DNA of 63,406 bases, filler included, from Reticulomyxa filosa (GCA_000512085.1; 21 parts of 21 records of this genome joined end to end with filler, not necessarily neighbours in it), one strand, 5' to 3'. Shown: positions 36,376 through 50,306, counted from the whole stretch's first letter. Translations and numbers: made by a program. Notes: a model not told the origin generated them from the letters alone.

Positions 36376-39234
36376 CGTATATAAATCCCCTTTGTACGCC
36401 CTCTCCCCNNNNNNNNNNNNNNNNNNNNNNNNNNNNNNNNNNNNNNNNNNNNTTAATTAATTAANNNNNNNNNNNNNNNNNNNNNNNNNNNNNNNNNNNN
36501 NNNNNNNNTTGTGCATGTTTTTGTCTTAAGTGCAAGAAATACAAAACTTTTCAGATCCCAAATTTATTGCAAACAACCTTCCAAATTTGAAGTAAAAAGA
36601 AGCAAACCTACTTTTAAGAATCGAGAACAATTTTTTTTTAAAGATGATTCAGTGGTAGAAAAAAAACAAAATTCAAAAACAATACTCCAAAAAGAGATTG
36701 TGTGTTTCTATAAAAAAGAATCTTTTAGCTTTGTCAATATTTAAAAGTAATATTGGACAATGATAATGGCTAAAAGTAAAATGATACAATTTCGAGTACC
36801 CTGGATCCATACTTGATGACAAATCTTAGCCAGAAAATTGTGCAATTTGTCTTATTTGAGTGTGTTGGAGTTTTCGAGGCAGTGCCACGCTTCAATTCTG
36901 GTAAACAGTCATACTTTGACATTGTCTTCGTTTGTTCGGTGGGACTTGCTATGTGGCGATGAAGGTCCCTCTTCTTGTTTCGTTTGTGTCTGTCCCGAAG
37001 AAGAGCCAAGTCTCGCTCCTGATTGCTCTAGTCTCGTGTCTTCATGCACGCGAACATTCGTCCAGTCTTTGCTTATGTTCACTCCGAGTTTTCTTTATGG
37101 GATCATTGCACTTTCACCTTTTCTTTTTTTTTTACATTTCAATTTCTTTTTTTTTTTAAAAAATTAGAATTATAATTATAATTATACCTGCTGCGGTTTT
37201 AATGGGCTCACTTTTGCATGCTTTCCCTCGTGGCTGATTGATAGCATACGGATTTGCATCCTTCGTTATGTCTTCACTGGCATTCGCAGATGATGGGTTG
37301 TCCGAGACAATCAAGTTTTTCATGCGATTGTGTTCTTCCTCGCTCATTTCATCTTCATTCGATTCGCTCAAGGCATCATCTTCTTTTTCTATTTTTTTTT
37401 TAATAATTAAAAAAATAATAATAGCATTTGTCTCTTTTTATTCGTCGTTATATTCCATGTCATGTTAATGCAAGCTCATATACATATATATATATGTATA
37501 TATTGAAAAAAAACAAACATAACAAGTAATGTCGCGTGTTTAACTCGATTGCTTTCAAATAATTGAAAAGGGTCGTCTTGATGATTGTCAGTCGCTGGCT
37601 TCTCTTGTTTTTTCCCATTCGTTGGATTTTGTTTAGATGTTTTGTCGTCATTTTTTTTTTCATCAANNNNNNNNNNNNNNNNNNNNNNNNNNNNNNNNNN
37701 NNNNNNNNNNTTAATTAATTAANNNNNNNNNNNNNNNNNNNNNNNNNNNNNNNNNNNNNNNNNNNNACAAATCCTCAAAACAAAACTAATTTTTCATCGT
37801 CGAAAACACATGTGATGTAACCGCCGACGGCTTCCAAAACACTGTTGCAGGTGTTTGCAAATGACGCGACGTTTATGGGGTTTTCGAGTTATCACTTGCT
37901 TCCGGAATCAGCGACGTTGGCAAGATATTCGACGGTGAACTTCGAGCAGGTGTCTCTGCCAATAGTCGCTTCGGTGTGTTTATTTCCAATTTCAAAATAT
38001 ATATAATGTTCAATCATCCAAAGAAACAATAATTAATAATAATACATTCAATGCAATTAAAAAGCCAAAAAAAAAAACAAAAAACGGAACAAAATTTGAG
38101 ATTGACATCGATCCTTTACATGCGATCGTCTCTGTTTCACTTTGTGTCGATTGTGATATTCTTTCTCTTATCTTTTCCAATCTTTCACTCAACTCGATTT
38201 GAAATCTTGCTTTTGTTGAAATAACGGAGTTGTCAGCATTTTTTGTTCAACTCGTTCTTGTTGATGTCACTCTTACGTTCTTACTTGTACCTTCGCTTAT
38301 CTTTTTCTGTTCTAAAACAAGTTTATGTGTGTTCTTTCCGTTTTCTTAGCACGTTTTTTGACCACGGTTTTCAGATGCTCAGTTATATTACAGTTGTTTT
38401 CCATGGATTTGCTTGACATGGAGATGTTCTCATTATTTTTATTTTTTAAATTCTTCGCGGCTAACGCAAATCATTTAATTAAAGTTTTTTTTATTTGACG
38501 CAAAACAGAGTTTTTTATATCAACTTTAACAAACTACGAAAAGCACACCTTAACGACAATACAAATCTACTTTCATCTGTTTAGCAAGTTGACATCTAAC
38601 CTCTTCAATAAGTTTATTGATTACATTGTGCTAAATTTTATACAAAAAAATAATATTAACTAGTGATTTCAAAATTTGATAAAAAAACCCCAACTTTTTT
38701 TACTTATTGCTGTTCCTATTAGTGTAGAAGCGTCGTAGAAAGACCGGAATTGATCCTAAAATAATCTACGCTGTTCACACTAAAGAATATGTCTGTTTTG
38801 TTCTTGTATGAAAAATACATATTTTGAAATCCACTAAGAGATATGACACATTGCTATCATTTTGGCAAAGTCGGCCATACGTAGAAGAAAGTTTTACTCG
38901 ATACAGTTGAGATTTCAAAAGATACACCAAAAACACCTTTTGTAGATCTCGGAAGTACTACCAGGTCCGCGCTATCGCGACTCAATAACTCCTTTCCATT
39001 TGCGAGAAAACTCCATNNNNNNNNNNNNNNNNNNNNNNNNNNNNNNNNNNNNNNNNNNNNTTAATTAATTAANNNNNNNNNNNNNNNNNNNNNNNNNNNN
39101 NNNNNNNNNNNNNNNNTGTCAAACCAAACCAAAGGTCCATTTTTTTTTTAAAAAAAAAAAATTTCATTTTGAAATAATATTGTTTTTGTCATTATTGTTA
39201 TTATTATCAATTTCTTTTTTTTTTTTTTGCTAAA

Positions 39235-39586
39235 CGTAAATAAACAAATGGTTGTGAAAGTCTTGGAATGATTGGTTCATGTCGGCCACATTTACTGTCG
39301 GTAATGTCCCACCTGACTTCCTCTTTCGAAAGTCTGATACCATCACGCGCAATCCGAATCTCTTGAGGTCGATGGAGTCGGGCAACTTCTCTGGCAGTGT
39401 TATCACCGGCACCGGACCGACGGCCTCGCTAAATTCGATTATTATTATGTAATCCACTTCTTTCTCGCGACGCAAACTACTCGGCACAGCAGACATCGAG
39501 GTCGACTGAGGGGAAACTGACGCAGCTGCATGCCGATTCATCTTGCCAGCTTCTTTAGAAAAAGATGGGCTTTTGATCTCCATCAC
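39235..39586 (-). CDS. SMCR8/folliculin-like longin (uDENN) domain protein, first exon
   Basis: DYIIIIEFSEAVGPVPVITLP...DLKRFGLRVMVSDF resembles SMCR8 DFILISEFSEQVGPQPLLTIP...DLNYFSLRIMSVDY. Confidence 0.75.
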
Positions 39587-40062
39587 GTCATATATATGTA
39601 TACCCCCTTACCTTTTTCTCTTCTCCTCCCCCCCTCTCTCCTCTTTAGCTGTTTCATTCAGTGCAAAAAAATTACTAGTGAATCTTTCCCACTCCAGAAT
39701 GTTATAATTATTAATTACCGATATGAAAGACCAACATTTAGTTTAATAATAAGATTTTATCTAATTCAAATTACAATGCTCTTTTTTAAAAAAGTCTAAA
39801 AAAGCTTGAATTTTTAGACCTATTCGTTTTTTATTAAATGGTTTTTGCAGTGCATGGGAGCAATGTTTGATTAAATCCTCTCTTGTGAATAGTAAGACTT
39901 TATTAATTATTCCCATTTTCCAACACGGCCCATCAAAAAAAAAAGTTTTCGTGTACAACAATATTAAATAATCAAAAAGTGAACCATAAAAAAAAAAAGA
40001 AACATAAAATTTGTCACACACAGCAATGTATGTTTGTGTTTGAGAAGGTGCACTAGTGCTAT

Positions 40063-41282
40063 TCAGAATGGTGAATCTACACCAGTACACAGCTTAAGAT
40101 TTCTCTTTGCGAAAAAAGGAGAGCGTTTCAATTTGACGCCATGTTTTGAGTTTGCTGCAAAGCCAAAGGTTTGTAAGCTGTTCGTGGCGATCTCATCACT
40201 CCATTTAATGGCGCAACACCCACTCTCAATCAAAGGCACTACCGTTTGCCACGAGAACCGAACAATATTTGGAAACCCAAAGACTTTGTCCAAGTTGTCT
40301 GTCAGCCATTTCTTTGTCCGTTTGTCTGTTTCAAACCAAAAAAAAACAAAACAAAACAGTTTTTAGGTAACATTACAAAAAAAGACCTCCTCATTTGGTC
40401 TTTAAAAAAAATTTAGTCAAAATCCAAGTGCCACCTGAAGGATAGCCATTGCCCAGCCACTCTTCCATAGTGGAGTCGGTTGTATATTTTTTCTTAAAAA
40501 ATTGTTTGGCGTGGTTCGTCTGTGGTTCACAGGGTGTTTCAGTGGGATGGTCATTTGCACATTTTGGTGGTTGCGAAATACCGCGTTCGGGATCAAGTTT
40601 GGGTTTAAAATTAAGTCGATTCACTGGCCGTATTGTAATGTGTTTTTCTGAAAAAACCCAGTGTTCCAACACATAATCTCGAGTCACCTTGGCGCAAATC
40701 GACGCCGCAGAAACAATTGGGAACAGACTGTCCGCCTTGGGACTTACTGTAAATTTGATATTGTGTCCGTTGAAACTGTTCTTCAACTTTTGTTCATATG
40801 TCTCCGGTATGCCCACTGTGTCCAAATAACATTCCTTTAGTTTGAAACCGTGCTTCAACACTCGATCTATCAAGTTCATCGCGCTTCCATGTGATATCTC
40901 GTTTAGACTGTATCGGTTTTTTGCCAACATTCGTGATGACATCCAATCCGGTGGAATCACGTCCACGATCCAATGTAAATATTCTCCCTTGTTCTTTTTT
41001 ATCGCGTTAAACAATCGCTGACGCGTTTCGTTGTCCAATTCTTTGCTGTCTGTCGCACAATTTCACAACTTTGGATTTATTTTCTTTTCTCTCCTCAATT
41101 TGTTGGTGGGTTATGATTGACGATATACAAGTTTCACCTGCAAAACCGAAATTTGCAAGATCAGTAGTCCTGGATACTTTGCAAAGACATGCTCCGTACA
41201 CCAGTGCACCCAAGACTGGACCCCGGCCTGCTTCATCAATACCCATGATATATTCCTCTTCTTCATTCGATGAAGTGGACAT
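40063..41282 (-). CDS. RNASEH2A: Ribonuclease H2 catalytic subunit A (3 exons)
   Basis: MGIDEAGRGPVLG, DSKEL, YLDTVG, KADSLFPIVSAASICAKVTRD, GNGYPSD, DKVFGFPNIVRFSWQT. Confidence 0.96.
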
Positions 41283-42370
41283 GATGGACGCGATGAATGT
41301 GAAATGCAGCCACCACTTAAGAGGGAAGAAAATAAAAAATGTTTAGTGCGGAGACAAGAGTTACACCACGTTTTTGTTGCTGTCAGTCGGAATTTGAAAA
41401 TATTATTTTTATTGTTGCTAAATATTAATTGTTTTATCTTCAAAAGATGCATAATTACATTTTTATGTCATAAATTTAGAATGATAATATGACCACAGTA
41501 AATAGTTCGTAATACATAATGTCATAGCAAATATTTGTGAATCAAATCATTGAGTTTCTATATTGAAATTGTTTATTGTTTCCAAAATTAAACATCGATA
41601 AAATATTTACATTTAAACTAAAAAGTGTGTTACATAAACTATGATTATAATACTTAAATTATCATGAAATACTTAAAATGATAAAAATTTTTATAAAATG
41701 TTATTATGTTTTGTCAATATTACATTGAAAAAATTTTAAAATGTAATAGTTTTAATATAGGTAAGTTGATGTCCAAAAATTAGCACATGAATAACACATT
41801 TTTTTACAAGTTTTCAGTTAGCAAAAATTCGTTTTACTGTATTTTGAAAACAAAAATGCAATGTGGAATTGTAATACATTGAATGACAATTAATATAATT
41901 ACATGCGCTGAGAGTGACATATTAATAAAACTCATGAGCTAAAGTGTAACACTAGTGCCAAAATGAAAAGTGCATATAGTAGCTCAAGTTTCCCTTAGAA
42001 CGTTGAAACCTTACTAAGTCAATTTTAGTTTTCCTGTAATAAAACAGAAAAAGAATTTATATGTCTAGGAAAAAGGCAAAAGTTGGGGAAATGGGCCCTA
42101 TTTTCAAATGGTGACCCAATAAAATAATCAAGGAGAACCAACCATAGAGATTTCACCAACAAGAGAAAAGTTTTGCGGTGTTAGTTGTTATTTATGGACC
42201 AAGACGCACAGAAAAAATCAGAAGAATGAAGCTGTTGTGAAATATTTGGGATGGTCCACAAAAACAAAAATCGACACAAACAGTCAACCTTGCACGACAT
42301 TTTTTTGGTTTTTTTTTTTTAAAAAATTTTGATTTGAGGGTTGTAATACATGATGTCTGTATAAACAATT

Positions 42371-42974
42371 TTAAATCACTTCATGATGTCGCTTCAGGTT
42401 ATGTCGAGCCAATGGTGCTCCAGTCTGCAATATGGCCAAACAAACAGTACAATCATCAAAACAAAAAACAAGGCAAATTCGCAAAAGTGTCTTTTTTTTT
42501 TTTAATTGTAGTTTTATTTTATTTATTTTTTGTAATTTAAATAAAACGAGATGATAGTACTCAACCAATTGATCGTAGGCAATATAAGCAAGTAACACAG
42601 CAAATCCTAGGCGAAAGCCTGGCCAATAGGAATCGGGGTTCCACCAAATATCTACATGTTCACAGAGAAGAAAAAGAAATGGCAAAAGCGTAAATCGAAC
42701 AAGGAAATTTCGACAGTGTTTTGTTTTTTTACGCATGTTTTGTCCACTTACTTAAATATTCAATTCGGTGGTCACCTCTCAGATATTTGTATCTGCTACC
42801 ACCGATGTAAGGGTACTTCTCTGGATTGACGTCGATCTTAGAGACTAAACCCGGACTCCATGGAAGTCTCCACCGGTAAGGCACGGGCCCAGCGTATTGC
42901 AAAAATTTATTCTTGTGTTTTCCAGCACTCTGATACTGCTTCATAACATGTTGAAAGTTTACAGGTCCTGGCAT
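42371..42974 (-). CDS. Small single-pass membrane protein, possibly complex I accessory subunit NDUFB3/B12-like (3 exons)
   Basis: WPGFRLGFAVLLAYIAYDQ resembles the B12 FPGxGxxxxAFxxYxxYE helix; His-rich C-terminus. Confidence 0.45.
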
Positions 42975-43693
42975 TTCGATATCTTTTGCTATTATGATGG
43001 AACAAAATGATTTTTTTTTTAACGTTCACGGGATATACCTTAGAATCTCTTGTCTACTTTAAGTGTTACAAATTTAATAAACTCTACATCAGTTTCCAAT
43101 TTATTATCGCAAAGTATCTTTCATTAAACGAACAATACTTTCAGCACTGTTGACTAGTATTTTGCGATCCAAATTTATTTTGATGTTAATGAGCCAATTC
43201 AAATCCTTTTCAAAAGTTTGCTTGATCAATAACAAAATCAAATATACAACGTGCTTCTTTTTGAAATATGAAGTACATTATTTTAAAAAATTAGAATGTT
43301 AAGTCAAACAAAAAAAAGTAAATCTCTTTATCTAATGAGTATTAATATTTCTCAGTTTGAAGATATTTATATTTTTTTTGAGTGATACAAAAAAGTATTG
43401 GTGACAAAAAAAAAAAGGAAACTTTTTAGGAGTGACTTTTTTGTTTGTAATTGCAAACTTTGTTAACTGTTCTATCTAATTATTAAGTTTTTATTCTTCT
43501 TGCATTTGTCCTACTATTAACAACTTTGTGTAAGGTAAAAAAAGAAAGTGTGTGTATTTGTGTTGAAAAAAAGAAGGAGTACTGTTTTTATTANNNNNNN
43601 NNNNNNNNNNNNNNNNNNNNNNNNNNNNNNNNNNNNNTTAATTAATTAANNNNNNNNNNNNNNNNNNNNNNNNNNNNNNNNNNNNNNNNNNNN

Positions 43694-45188
43694 GATTGAT
43701 TATTAGGTTTCCATGCTCGAGTATGTTCATAAAATAAATGACTTAATTTTGGATTTTCAATGACGGTGTATCCTTCCAATGTTGTAAAATTCTTCAATGT
43801 TGCTTGCATTTCAATATATACATCATGTTTTGGAACATACAATTTAATATTATGGAATCGATGATGTGTCTTTGATTGTTTATCAAAGAAATCCTTATCT
43901 TCAGATACAATCAAATTGAATTGTTCAGCCTTCTTCATCACCGCAACTGCAGTTTGTAATTTGGTTGGATTATCACATAAAATGGTAAATCTTCCAATGT
44001 CAAATGCTTGATTAAAATCACCACCATAATCTGCTTGAATCTTTTCCAATAATCTTTCATTTCCCTTTAAATTTGGTGGTTTTACAACTGTGATCTCATA
44101 TTTCTGTAGTTCTGTCACCAAATTCTTGATTTCAATACTGCCCATTGCACGTTCACTTCTTTCTATCAAATCTCCAATACTCGTTGCGTGTTGTCTTATT
44201 TTATTTGCTTTCAATTCATAAGACAATCCAGATTTGATTGAATATGAACATTGATAATTATTTTCCTTCATGGGCACTGAATCATCACTTGCAGAAATAG
44301 AATGTTCAGAATTATAGAATATTGCTTTGACGATTAAATTGACTGCTGATTTTTTGCAATCAGGACAACTGAAAGATGTCTTATCTGAAATAAATGTAAT
44401 ATTATCAAATCCAATATTCACCCATACTGGTAATTTCGCTTTTGATGCCAGACAAGTGTCATTGCTACAATATCCTTGCAAATTAATTCCCGGCTTTGTT
44501 TCCCCAATTTCTGTTTTTTCCATTTCCTTTTGTACGCTCTTGTTACCGCCATTAGTTTCATTCGCTATATTTCCTTGTTCTTGTTTCTATTCATTTTTTC
44601 AAAACAAAGAGATACCAAATAAATATCTTCAAAAAGTAAATAAATAAAATGCCTTTTGCTTTTACCTGTTCTGCATTCTTCAATTCATTGATTTTGCTTT
44701 CTGCTTCTAATTTGTTCTTTTTTTTTTTTTTTGGTATACTCAAATAAAGTAAAAAAAAATATCCAACATCAATAGAGTAGACTTTTTTCTTTTTGTTTGT
44801 TTTTAATACCTCTTTTTCAATTGATTGCTGAACAAGATCTTTAATCAACAGCTCGATATCTCCGTGATGATGTTCTATTTTTTGCTGTAATTCTTCTTCA
44901 CTGATTGAATCCCCAAATAACTGAACCAACGTTTTAATCTCTTTTACGTATTTTCGATTGGTATTGTTGTTATCTTGCATTCCTCCATTACATTTCACAT
45001 CATCTAGTAAAAAAAAGTTATATACTTCCTTTGTTTGATTGATCATGTATATTATTAGTGGCACTTCCATAACTCATATTTCGAGAGTGTACGGGAAATG
45101 CTTTGTCCTTGTCATTGACTGCATTTTCATCATATCTTGTCGAGTTTGCCATAAACAACATTGCTAAAGAATGTTCACCACTAGTCAT
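43694..45188 (-). CDS. Multi-domain protein: CUE/UBA-like helices + Cys4 Zn-ribbon-like domain + RelA/SpoT-like nucleotidyltransferase domain; 5' part
   Basis: ORFs 44591-45070 and 43642-44523. Motifs YCSNDTC..CPDC, LKGNERLLEKIQADY, DIGRFTILCD, HHRFHNI, IEMQATL. Confidence 0.75.
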
Positions 45189-46099
45189 TATCTATCAAAA
45201 GAAAGATCAAGGCATAAAGCTTTTCCTTTCTTTTATCCAAAAATACTATTGTAAACATAAACTATAAAAATAAGACAACCTCAAACTTTTTCATTTTTCC
45301 TTTGTCGAGAGTACGTACTTCACCCGAAAATAATCCATGTAGAGTTTTTTTTGAGAAGAGAAAAATATCGTTTTGCAAGAGAGTTAAAAAAGAACTTTCT
45401 ATTTTTTAAATCTCTAAACAAAACTTTTTCACATACCTTGGACACCTGTTGTGAATGCAAGCAAATCAAAAATTATGCTCTTTTACACGTTTTGACTAGC
45501 CAAGAAAAAAGTAAAAGCAGAGATGAACGAAAACAAAACAAACATTTCCTAACCAAATTGCATTTCGAATAGGAAAAAATCTGATAACAATGTTTTTCAA
45601 ACTAATGAGAATAAAAAGTGCGCCTTTTTTCTAAAACTGTTGTTGTTCTTTCCCCTTTGTGTTTTTCGAAATTGTTAGAACAAGGCCGTTTGTGGGACGT
45701 GCGATCACAAAAACAAATTTGTGAGTTTAAAGAATATAAGTGTTAAATATTGAGTTGGTTTGGATGCAAGTGTTATAATTTTGAAACTTGTCTTAAAACT
45801 GTCACAATACTTGTCAAAAGTACAACTTCTCACCTCTGTTTTTAAAATGAACTTTTTTGTGGGCAATGAAATTGAGTTTTGTTTTCATGTGCACTCGGGG
45901 TGCAAAGTGACAATTAGTAAATATTTTCCCAATTTGAAAGTTACAAATGCTTTGATTTGACAAAATTCTAAATCGCTCTCGTTTAGTAAAATTAATTTGT
46001 TTTTTCTGCTTGCAGCGTTCCAATTAACCTTAACACAGTCAAGATCAAATGAGTGTGCTCCGCATTAGAAAATGTGCAAGAGACAGAAAGCAGAAAGGA

Positions 46100-46630
46100 C
46101 TTAACTCTAAGTTTGCACACATTGAAATGGTTTTCATTGCAACACTCATTTTTTGATTGGATGTTTTTTCATGTGATAAATTGCCATTTGAGTAGAAGTC
46201 AATCTCTTCGCAGAATTGATAACAAGAAGTGCTTTTTATCAAATCTTTGGCGATGTTACTGGCTCCATGTCTCAATATGGACCAGATATGTCATACCTTG
46301 CCTCCTTGATTTGTCGATACAAGCGAAACATAGGCCGTGCTCAATAATTCGGTCAAATAATTTTCCATCCTCCAGTAAACCCAACATCAAACACGTTTTT
46401 GACTTGCTGTCCGACATGTTGTGCAAATTTCACTAAATCCGCTTATTTCACACAAAAAAACAAATCAACAAGAGGTCAAAGAGAGAGAAACAGATTGGTG
46501 CTTATGTATTTGTGTAAAAAACACTAAACTTGTCGCATGATGAAAATTTAAGTCCCCCTTATCCAAGTTTTTCTTGTTGACTGTTGTCAAAAAGTCAGCT
46601 TGTTGGAAATGCAAGCATTTTTACCATGAA
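46100..46630 (-). pseudogene. CAMK-group protein kinase pseudogene with internal deletion
   Basis: MLGLLEDGKLFDRIIEHG (cf. ELLEGGELFDRI), YDISGPY*D, IAKDLIKS and LLVINSAKRLT lie in mixed frames; catalytic loop and DFG are absent. Confidence 0.65.
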
Positions 46631-47365
46631 TCGTTGTAGGTTGTGTTGGTCTGAGTTCAGCAAGCGTTTTTTTAACTAAAGCTGGTGATTGTAATTGAAA
46701 TAAGAAATAGACAATTATTTTACTAGAAAATCATTAATGGTAGCTAAAATTAAATTCAAATAAAAAAGCTACTGCAAGAATCAAAAGGTCCAACAAAACC
46801 CCATAGAAACAGTATTTACTATAAAGAAACACCCAAAAAAACAATACCTGTTATTGTTGATAAATAAATTTGGATGATTTTTTGCATTGATTAAGCCATC
46901 AATCAAGCGAATAGCTTCTGTGCGTCAAACCGTACCAGTTTTTTAAAATATGGCATATTTCTTTAAAAACGCACAGATATTGAACCTTTTGAGTACTGAT
47001 AAATTGACAGTTTTGATGAAGTATCATTTGAAGTTTGTGCGAATAATACAAATTTAAAAAAGGCCTACATGGACGAGTAACAAGATTTGACGTTAAAAAA
47101 AAGATTGATCAGCTAAAATTCTGTTGAAAATGAAAAAAGTGCTTAGTACACTTTTATGCTTATGTAACTGCTCATGCTGCTTTCGAATTATTGCCAAGCA
47201 ATTTACAAGGTAGTACACAATAGAATATACTTTGCGAGAATTGTCACAATACGTTTTCAAGGATAAAACGTAATAAAAGAAAGTCGAATCACGTAAAACT
47301 TGTGCATGCAAAGACAAACAAAATTCACAAAACAACAAATTGGTTTTTTTTTGTATTTTTTTTTT

Positions 47366-48623
47366 TTAAGTTGTACCCCAAATTCGAATTGAACGGTCCC
47401 TAGAACATGACACAACTGTATTGCCATTTGATGATATGTCTATTCCTAATATACGATCATGATGATCTTTTAATTCCTGTATTTTTTCTCCAGTGTTCAC
47501 ATCCCACCAACAAATAGTTTTATCATCTGAGCAAGACAAAATGGTTTGACCATCTGGAAAATATTTCACATCATTTACATCACCAGAATGTCCTCGAATG
47601 ATTTTCAATATCTTTCCTGTTTCAACATCCCATATTCGAATTGTATGATCAAATGAAGCGGAAACAACAAATTGACCATTTGGAGAAAATTTTGCACGTC
47701 TTACAATATCAGAATGTCCAAGCAATTCTCGTAATCTTTCGCCTGATTGTACACTCCATAAACTGATTGTTTTGTCAGTGGATGACGAAACAATCATTTG
47801 GCTATCTGGTGAATATTGCACACACCTTACAGCGCCGGTATGCCCAGTCAATTTTTTAAGCTCTTTTCCAGAATTGATATCCCATACTATTATTGTTCCA
47901 TCTGCCGAACCGGATGCAATAGTTTTGCCATCGGGGGAACAAGTCACATACCATACCAATCCCTCATGTCCTTCAAATTTCATTATTTCCTTCCCCGATT
48001 GTACATCCCATAATCGAATTGTTTGATCTTCTGAACATGAAACCACGGTATTTCCATCCGGTGAAAATCCTACAGCATACACCCAATCCGTATGTCCGGC
48101 CAGATTTTGAAGTTGCTTTTCTGATATGGTGTCCCATATTTTAATGGTTTTGTCCAATGATGGAAATACAATCTTCCGACCATCTGGTGAAAAGAGTACG
48201 CAAAATATCTCCCCACTTTCCTCTTGTAAGAATTTTAACAATTGAAAAAATTTAACCTTTTTATATATGTATATATATGCATTATGTATATGTGTGTATA
48301 TGCATATGTATGTGCATACATGTATATATGTCAATTACAACATCTTTTATTTCAGGATCAATTTCTATTTAGAAATCATGTCGGAAAAAAAATGCTTAAC
48401 GTATTTGCCAATAATTTTGTCAAAATCTTTTATCCATCCCAATTTCACATTTGAAAGACGAACCCAATTTTTTAGTATTGCTGCTGTTTCATGCTCAGGC
48501 TGTTTGTTTATTTGTTGTTTTATCAGCCCAACCACGACAAAGGTAAAGACGCTCCTGAAATGAAGCGAGGCTTACCAATTGTGGTACTTGATGTTTTGTT
48601 TCTTGGACAAAAGTTGCAGTCAT
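47366..48623 (-). CDS. WD40-repeat protein, 7-bladed propeller
   Basis: Seven GH...WD repeats in ORF 47366-48334; upstream exons MTATFVQET and ILKNWVRLSNVKLGWIKDFDKII. Confidence 0.93.
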
Positions 48624-49061
48624 CTTCTTTTTACTTTGTGGTAAAAGAATGAATTGATATTGGATTATCAAAATGTAAATTTTGAATTCTGTGCCTCTTT
48701 TTTTGTAATATCAGCAGAAATTACTGTTATTCAGAAAGTAAATTCAAACTTGTTTCTTTCTTAAATCAGAGATACAATCGAAAACTAACTCACAATTCTC
48801 AAGCGTTAAAAGATGCCAAGTTTAACAAAACGATTTGAATTTGTTATAATGTACTATTAACTTATCAAAAATGAAAAGGAAGCTATAAAGAGTGTAATTT
48901 TCCTTGTTGTTTTCATTTTTTTTTGGTACAGTGGCACTTTAAACAATTGAAACTATTGCTGAGAGGCTAAAATTCCTTTGCAAGTAAAAAATGTTTCTTT
49001 AGTTTTTAGAAGTGTTAAAAACTCAAGTAAAGAATATTTGAAATTCCTTGTGCCACTACAA

Positions 49062-50206
49062 ATGTCACAACTCTCCCAATATTCTTTGGCTGACACTTCC
49101 TCATTGCCGCTCGAAAAATGGTTCCGAAATTCTCTCCTGGACGAGCCCGAAGATTCGGAGAGTGAAGACCAGAAAGAGTTGGACGACTTGACAAATCTGT
49201 TATGTGAGTCTTTGAGTCATAAGATCGATGTGTTGCCATTACCAGAAGCATGCAACCCTTCATGTGTCCCGGATGAAGAGGACGATGAAAGTGCCTCCTT
49301 GGCAACGGACTTGAATTCGCCAACTCGTATCTGTAATCATTTCGGAGAAACAGAGTGGGTCAAATTGTCTCGCGCTTTGGAATTTTGGGCAGTTTGGAGC
49401 TGATTGTATACTTGTCGTTTGTTTTCCTTGTGTCAACCGGAAAAAAAATATATGCATATATGCATATATAATCATTCTTAAAAAAAAAAAAAAAGGACAG
49501 GATGAAGAAATCAGTGTTTAGCAGCTGGCACGACCACTCGATGCAAGTGTTGTATGAATTTCATTTGAAAAAAAGACAGTTGCGTCACAATCGAGAACGC
49601 CGTCTTTTATCTCAAGCTTTTAGTAATTGGAAAAACTTGCACATTAATAATCAAATCTTGCATTCGTGGCGGTCGCGCACACTCGCAAAGTGTTTCTATC
49701 ATTGGAAACGTACATTTTTTACTATTATTATCTATAATATTTTTTGCTTTGTGTGCAAAAAAAAAAAAAAATGTTTTTAACTCCGTTGTCAATACAAAAA
49801 AAAAAAAAAAGTGTTATTTATTTGATGTGTTTGTCACGGTAGAGCAGAGCGAAGACTGTCGCGTTTTACGAAAACATATGATTCATCAACAGATGTCCGA
49901 TATATTTAATATGTGGAAAGTTCAGTGTATTTCCTCCTTTTACAATTGTTGCCTTTGTTTTTTTTTTTCCAGTCAGTCGTGTAAATATTTGTTAAAAAAA
50001 AAAAAAAAAAAAGAAAGCAGTGAAACAAAAACATCAGCTAATTCGAATGGAACTGAAACGAAAGAAACAACACGAGACACAATATTTTTTGTCGGTGGAA
50101 AGCCTATTACACGAAACAAAAACAGAGTGCCTCCAGGCTCCAACCATTTGTAATCGAAAAGGATCGTGCTTCGTTGCGCGGGATATTTGAGGTACTACAA
50201 ACTACT
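49062..50206 (+). CDS. Sfi1-like centrin-binding repeat protein, 5' part
   Basis: Repeated L/M-x3-F-x2-W-K/H motifs: MKKSVFSSWH, LLSQAFSNWK, LAKCFYHWK, MSDIFNMWK. Confidence 0.65.
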
Positions 50207-50306
50207 NNNNNNNNNNNNNNNNNNNNNNNNNNNNNNNNNNNNNNNNNNNNTTAATTAATTAANNNNNNNNNNNNNNNNNNNNNNNNNNNNNNNNNNNNNN
50301 NNNNNN

